Shown here in pieces: positions 59,838 through 64,000 of a stretch of 64,000 bases of DNA (its first letter is position 1; every line of letters starts with the position of its first letter). The DNA is from Chloroflexota bacterium (GTDB taxonomy: Bacteria > Chloroflexota > Dormibacteria > CF-121), in assembly GCA_005880615.1 (NCBI GenBank), contig VBID01000115.1:16431-80430 (forward strand), read 5' to 3'. The position numbers were made by a program, and so were the translations under genes. The notes under the pieces were generated by a model. The model was given only the letters and a program-made list of their open reading frames with translations, was not told where the DNA came from and did no database searches.

Positions 59838-60855
59838 GGGCATCCTGGAGCGGCTCCAGCAGGGCGTCGTCCTGGGCGCCGAGGGTTACGTGTTCGAGCT
59901 GGAGCGGCGCGGGTATATCAAGGCGGGCCCCTACGTCCCCGAGGTCGTCCTGGATTCCCCGGACGCGCTGAAAGAGCTGCACCGGGAGTTCCTCCGCGCC
60001 GGCGCCGAGGTGATGGTGGCCCTGACCTACTACGCGCACCGGGACAAGCTGAAGACCGTCGGTCGGGAGGGGGACCTGGAACGCCTGAACCGGCAGGCCG
60101 TGCGGCTGGCCCGCGAAGTGGCCGCCGAGGGCGATGCCCTGGTGGCCGGCAACATTTGCAACACCTGGGCCTACGACCCGAAAGACAAGACGGCCAGCTC
60201 CCGCGTCGTGCGCGCCATGTACGCCGAGCAGCTCGGCTGGGCGGCCGAGGAGGGGGTCGACTTCGTCATCGCCGAGACCAACGACTACCTGGGCGAGGCG
60301 CTGATCGGCCTGGAGGTGATCAAGGACCTGGGACTGCCGGCCATGGTCACCCTGGCCTCCACCCATCCGGGAGAAACCTGGGACGGGTACGACTACGTGG
60401 AAGCCTGCCAGATCCTGGCCGAGCATGGCGCGGACATCGTGGGTCTCAACTGCGACCGGGGCCCCGCCACCATGGTGCCGATCATCGAGCGGCTGCGGGC
60501 AACGGTGCCCGGCTACATTGCCGCCCAACCAGTTCCGTACCGGACGACGCCGGCCACGCCAACGTTCGAGACGCTGCGAGCCGACGGGAGTGGCCGCGCC
60601 TTCCCCCTGGCCCTGGAGCCCTTCCTCTGCACCCGATTCGACATGGCTGACTTCGCCCGGCAGGCAAAGGGCCTGGGGGTCAACTACATCGGCATTTGTT
60701 GCGGCGGCTCGCCCCACTACGTGCGGGCGATGGCGGAGGCGCTCGGCCGGACCGTTCCCGCCAGCCGCTACTCCCCCGCCATGGAGCTCCATCCCATGCT
60801 CGGCGGCCAGGTCGAGGAGAAAGAAGCCGCCTTCCTGCCCGACTGGAAAGACTAG
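59827..60855 (+). CDS. homocysteine S-methyltransferase-family protein (BHMT/MmuM-like, Zn-dependent)
   Basis: S-methyl_trans (Pfam) fold pattern: GAEGYVFELERRGY..., ...GLNCDRGP..., Zn-binding GICCGGSP. 342 aa. Confidence 0.8.
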   Translation: MPVKGILERLQQGVVLGAEGYVFELERRGYIKAGPYVPEVVLDSPDALKELHREFLRAGAEVMVALTYYAHRDKLKTVGREGDLERLNRQAVRLAREVAAEGDALVAGNICNTWAYDPKDKTASSRVVRAMYAEQLGWAAEEGVDFVIAETNDYLGEALIGLEVIKDLGLPAMVTLASTHPGETWDGYDYVEACQILAEHGADIVGLNCDRGPATMVPIIERLRATVPGYIAAQPVPYRTTPATPTFETLRADGSGRAFPLALEPFLCTRFDMADFARQAKGLGVNYIGICCGGSPHYVRAMAEALGRTVPASRYSPAMELHPMLGGQVEEKEAAFLPDWKD

Positions 60856-61020
60856 AACTTTCGTCCCGTTGGATGGGGCTTAGACCCCATTGTTTTGGGC
60901 CGCCGAAATTGTCTATAACCAGATTGGAGGCGACCGCTGCTAGGATCAGCCGGGCGCACCCCCTATCAGATCGTCCCGGTGGAGCGGTGCGGGTCGCCTC
61001 CCCAAACGCCCTTGTCGCTC

Positions 61021-61340
61021 TGATTCCCTCCCGCTTGCGGGAAAGCCCTTTTTCTCCCTCCCTTAGCGGAATGCCTTTTCTCCCTCCCCCTTGCGGGGAG
61101 CCACTGTCGTCAGGGTCGCGGGATTTCCCGCGTGGGCAGGGTTGGGAACGGGGTCTCGGTCACCTCGCATTAGGAGACTGGCTTGACCACGATTATCAAG
61201 ATGATGGCCAGCACGATCACTAGGAGCAGGGCCTGTTTTTCCGTCCTCCTTGCGGGGAGGCCTCTTTCTCCCTCCCCCTTGCGGGGAGGGTTGGGGAGGG
61301 GGTCTCGGTGACCTCGCGTTAGGAGACTGGCTTGACGACC
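61021..61340. repeat. array of GC-rich hairpin elements plus a ~180-bp tandem partial duplication of the 3' end of the downstream membrane-protein gene
   Basis: GGGGTCTCGGTCACCTCGCATTAGGAGACTGGCTTGACCACGATTATCAAGATGATGGCCAGCACGATCAC (61150-61222) repeats as GGGGGTCTCGGTGACCTCGCGTTAGGAGACTGGCTTGACGACCATCATGAAGATGATGGCCAGCACGATCAC (61298-61372). Three or more CCCTCCC...GCGGGGAG hairpins precede and separate them. ORF 61170..61538 is a remnant encoding only the C-terminal ...LLLVIVLAIILIIVVKPVS. Confidence 0.75.
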
Positions 61341-61771
61341 ATCATGAAGATGATGGCCAGCACGATCACGATGAGGATGATGCCGACCCGCTGTGCCTGC
61401 GCAGCCAACCGCTGATAGGCCGGCGAGGACTCCCCTTCCTTCTCGAGCACCTCGATCTGGCGGTTCATGGTCCGCGAGTAGAAGCCAACCGCCACCACGA
61501 TCAACAGAACGAATAGGAAGAGCGAGGAGATGATCCACCGCTTGAATCCCCAGCCCCCGACCCAGACCAGGGCGAGACCCGTCAGCAGCAGCAGGCCGTA
61601 AGCGGGATTCGCCACCCTCCGGTCGAGAAAGCTGACCCCGCGCAGGGCAAAGGACAGGTGTTCCTTTTCCCTGGCGCCTCTGGTGTTCCAGACCGCATAC
61701 GTGATGTTGGTGCCAACCGCCGTGATCCCCAGCAGCACATGGATGTACTTGAGCAGGAGATACCAGGTCAT
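61319..61771 (-). CDS. small 4-TM integral membrane protein (DUF2269-like, tentative), paralog 2
   Basis: MTWYLLLKYIHVLLGITAVGTNITYAVW...IIFMMVVKPVS (150 aa). The start ATG overlaps the stop of paralog 1 (ATGA). The upstream 326 codons of ORF 61319..62749 overlap paralog 1 out of frame and are rejected. Confidence 0.7.
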   Translation of the reverse strand: MTWYLLLKYIHVLLGITAVGTNITYAVWNTRGAREKEHLSFALRGVSFLDRRVANPAYGLLLLTGLALVWVGGWGFKRWIISSLFLFVLLIVVAVGFYSRTMNRQIEVLEKEGESSPAYQRLAAQAQRVGIILIVIVLAIIFMMVVKPVS

Positions 61772-62226
61772 AGGGATGGTTTCACCACCATCATAAAGAC
61801 AATCGCCAGAATGATCGGCAGGGTGGCCACTCCAAAGCTGGTGGCCCGCGCCGCGGCGGCCTTGTAGTGCACCGATTGGGCGCCTTCGAGTTCGATCGCC
61901 TCCACCTGGCGCGTCAGGGCGGGGGTGTAGAAAACCAGGCCCACAATCAGCAGGGCGACGTACAGGATGATCGCCGCTGAGATCCAGTGCCGCTGCAGTC
62001 CCCAGTGGCCGACCGCCTGCAGGGTGAGCCCGGTCAGGAGCAGCAGGAGGTAGCAGGGATTCGCCACGCGGTCGTCGATTAACTTGATGGTGCGAAGCAC
62101 GAAGCCCTCGTGTTCCGGCGCCCGGCTGACGATGGCGCCCTGCCAGATACCGTACGTCAGATTCGAGCCGACCGCCGTCATGGCCAGCAGCACGTGGACG
62201 TACTTCAGCAGGCTGTACCAGCTCAC
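61768..62226 (-). CDS. small 4-TM integral membrane protein (DUF2269-like, tentative), paralog 1
   Basis: MSWYSLLKYVHVLLAMTAVGSNLTYGIW...IVFMMVVKPSL; ~45% identical to paralog 2. Confidence 0.7.
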   Translation of the reverse strand: MSWYSLLKYVHVLLAMTAVGSNLTYGIWQGAIVSRAPEHEGFVLRTIKLIDDRVANPCYLLLLLTGLTLQAVGHWGLQRHWISAAIILYVALLIVGLVFYTPALTRQVEAIELEGAQSVHYKAAAARATSFGVATLPIILAIVFMMVVKPSL

Positions 62227-62269
62227 GCCACCCTCCCAGCTCCCTTGCCTCGTTAGAATAGCCGCCGGG

Positions 62270-62731
62270 TTGCGCGCCTACCACTTTCGAACTGACTGGG
62301 CGTTCAAGGCGCCGCTGGCCACGGTGTGGTCCGTGGTGCTTGACATCGAACACTATCCGGCGTGGTGGTCGAACTTTCGCCGCGTCCGAGTCCGCAGGGG
62401 CGATGGCAAATCCGCGGGCTCGCTCATCGACTGCGAGGTCCGAGGCTCGCTCCCGTACAGTCTGAACTACGCGCTCGAGGTTATGAACGCCGACCCCATG
62501 CGGTCGATCGATTTGCGTTCGACCGGCGACCTGGTGGGGACCGGCCGCTGGGAGTTCGCGGAGAAGGCGCCCCGTGACATCCTGGCTACCTACTTCTGGG
62601 ACGTGGGTACCACGAACCCCGTCCTCAACCTGGTCGCCCCCCTGGCCCGCGGGCTGCTGGCGAAAAATCACGAGCAGGTGATGGCCAACGGCTTCGCCGC
62701 CCTCCGCCAACACGCGGAAGCAACTACCTGA
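62270..62731 (+). CDS. SRPBCC-superfamily protein (polyketide cyclase/dehydrase-like, START/Bet v1 fold)
   Basis: YHFRTDWAFKAPLATVWSVVLDIEHYPAWW is the hallmark N-terminus of Polyketide_cyc2 proteins. TTG start at 62270; the upstream ORF portion overlaps the divergent membrane-protein gene. Confidence 0.7.
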   Translation: MRAYHFRTDWAFKAPLATVWSVVLDIEHYPAWWSNFRRVRVRRGDGKSAGSLIDCEVRGSLPYSLNYALEVMNADPMRSIDLRSTGDLVGTGRWEFAEKAPRDILATYFWDVGTTNPVLNLVAPLARGLLAKNHEQVMANGFAALRQHAEATT

Positions 62732-62770
62732 CTGAATCTCCCCGTTCATCCCCCGCCCGTCAGGCGAAAA

Positions 62771-62818
62771 TCTCCCTCCCCCTCAGGGGGAGGGTCGGGG
62801 TGGGGGTGTCGAGTGACT
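62771..62818. repeat. GC-rich hairpin element copy (reverse orientation) between convergent genes
   Basis: TCCCTCCCCCTCAGGGGGAGGGTCGGGGTGGGGGTGTCG. Confidence 0.8.
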
Positions 62819-62831
62819 CAGGAACTGTCCC

Positions 62832-64000
62832 CTAAGAGGGGTTCGCCTTTTTCGCCGTCCGCTTCTTTGCCTGTTCGAAGGCATCGAGGCGTTCCTTAAC
62901 TGTCTTTTCGTAGCCGCGATCCGTCGGGTGGTAATAAGTCCGGTCCTTGATGGCGTCCGGCAGATTCTGCTGCTCCACCTGCGCGTCCTCGTAGTCGTGG
63001 GCGTATTTGTAGCCCTTGCCGTAGCCGATCCGCCGCATCAGTGGGGTGGGCGCGTTGCGCAGATGAAGTGGGACAGGGTCCGCACGGGTTCGCTCGACAT
63101 CCTCCTGGACTCCCGAGTAGGCCGCGTAAAGCGCGTTGCTCTTGGGCGCGGAGGCCAGATAGACCACGCACTGCGCCAGCGCCAGGTTAGCCTCCGGCAT
63201 GCCGATGAAGTGCGCCGCCTGCTGGGCGGCCATTGCCTGCACGAGCGCATTCGGGTCCGCCATGCCGATGTCCTCCGATGCGAACCGTACCAGCCGGCGC
63301 GCCACATAGAGCGGGTCCTCGCCCGCCTCCAGCATCCGTCCCAGCCAGTACAGCGACGCATCGGGGTCGCTGCCGCGAAGGCTCTTATGCAGCGCCGAGA
63401 TGATGTTGTAGTGCTCCTCGCCGGCGCGGTCGTACAGCAGGTTCTTGCGCTGCACCGCCTCTTCGACCGCCGCCGCCGTGATCAGCCGGTGGCCCTGCTT
63501 GGGTCGGACCAGAGCCACGGCGGCTTCCAGCCCGTTGATAGCGACCCGGGCGTCCCCGTTGGCGAATCGGATCAGCGCCGCCTTGGCCTCGGGCTCAACC
63601 ACGACCTGCTGCTGGCCGAGCCCGCGCTCCGGGTCACTGACGGCGCGATCAAGGATGGTCGCGATGTCCTCGTCAGTGAGCGCGTTCAGCACGAAGACCC
63701 GGGACCGCGACAGCAGCGCCGCGTTGACCTCGAACGAAGGGTTTTCCGTCGTTGCCCCGATCAGCGTGATGACACCTTCTTCGACGTAGGGCAGCACGGC
63801 GTCCTGCTGGCCCTTGTTGAAGCGGTGGATCTCGTCGATGAAGAGGATCGTCCGCCGGTTGGCCTGGCGCCGCCGCAGCTTGGCCTCCTCCACATTCCGG
63901 CGCAGGTCCGCCACCCCAGCGCTGACGGCGCTCAGCGGAACAAAGTGCGACGCCGTCGCCTTGGCGATGATCCGGGCCAACGTCGTCTTCCCAGTCCCGG
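62832..64000 (-). CDS. rarA: replication-associated recombination protein A (AAA+ ATPase RarA/MgsA), partial (N-terminus beyond window end)
   Basis: ILFIDEIHRFNKGQQDAVLPYVEEGVITLIGATTENPSFEVNAALLSRSRVF (Walker B/sensor region) and the C-terminal MgsA helical domain; frame open to 64000. Confidence 0.9.
   Translation of the reverse strand, partial: GTGKTTLARIIAKATASHFVPLSAVSAGVADLRRNVEEAKLRRRQANRRTILFIDEIHRFNKGQQDAVLPYVEEGVITLIGATTENPSFEVNAALLSRSRVFVLNALTDEDIATILDRAVSDPERGLGQQQVVVEPEAKAALIRFANGDARVAINGLEAAVALVRPKQGHRLITAAAVEEAVQRKNLLYDRAGEEHYNIISALHKSLRGSDPDASLYWLGRMLEAGEDPLYVARRLVRFASEDIGMADPNALVQAMAAQQAAHFIGMPEANLALAQCVVYLASAPKSNALYAAYSGVQEDVERTRADPVPLHLRNAPTPLMRRIGYGKGYKYAHDYEDAQVEQQNLPDAIKDRTYYHPTDRGYEKTVKERLDAFEQAKKRTAKKANPS

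Noticed and set aside
61772-62749. Upstream 326 codons of the 476-aa ORF 61319..62749
   Set aside because: Overlaps paralog 1 (61768..62226) and the SRPBCC gene in other frames; only the last 150 codons form the membrane-protein paralog.

Overview
High-GC (~68-70%) bacterial chromosomal segment, densely coding, with genes in long co-directional arrays. The lineage cannot be fixed from sequence alone; gene content and GTG/TTG usage fit a free-living Chloroflexi/Thermomicrobia-like or actinobacterial genome. Recognisable housekeeping content includes lysS (partial), greA, a tRNA-dihydrouridine synthase, coaX, a LivJHMGF branched-chain amino-acid ABC transporter, lon, trpS and rarA (partial). 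Further housekeeping genes are tRNA-Arg(CCT) and tRNA-Pro(CGG), a stomatin/NfeD pair, an AlkA-like glycosylase and a Dpp/Opp-type peptide ABC transporter. A ~9.4 kb minus-strand array runs marR-apt-pfkB-ahcY-metK and continues directly into a GDP-mannose to GDP-6-deoxyhexose block (epimerase/reductase-manC-gmd-phosphomannomutase-cupin). Elsewhere there are a polysaccharide flippase and a processive GT2 glycosyltransferase. Features not explained by ordinary annotation: (1) A new MITE-like element family (four full copies, one 64-bp mini copy, one remnant) with ~25-bp TIRs of the form TAAGCCCGGATCCRCCGATCGGACGA and internal ~125-bp tandem units carrying hairpins with compensatory base changes; its terminal TAA is the stop codon of four host genes (trpS, helicase, cupin, marR). 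(2) A second dispersed ~40-45-nt element (GAGACCCCCACCCC..CCCTCCCC-GCAA-GGGGGAGGG), a G4-prone tract plus perfect hairpin, at nine or more intergenic sites. (3) A standalone 847-aa Upf1-like SF1B helicase with a novel Zn-ribbon N-terminal domain and an Arg/Gly-rich tail. (4) A Zn-dependent MetE-like methyltransferase translationally coupled to a HAL/PAL-family protein lacking the MIO-forming Ala-Ser-Gly triad, inside a catabolic island (two ADHs, enolase-superfamily enzyme, Gfo/Idh/MocA, hydantoinase remnant, Fae-like protein, peptide ABC transporter). (5) A BHMT-like/MSOX-like pair. (6) Several genes whose conserved N-termini precede any ATG/GTG/TTG, suggesting CTG/ATC initiation or frameshifts. 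(7) Two gene remnants and tandemly duplicated small membrane-protein genes. No CRISPR array, integrase or transposase ORF was seen.
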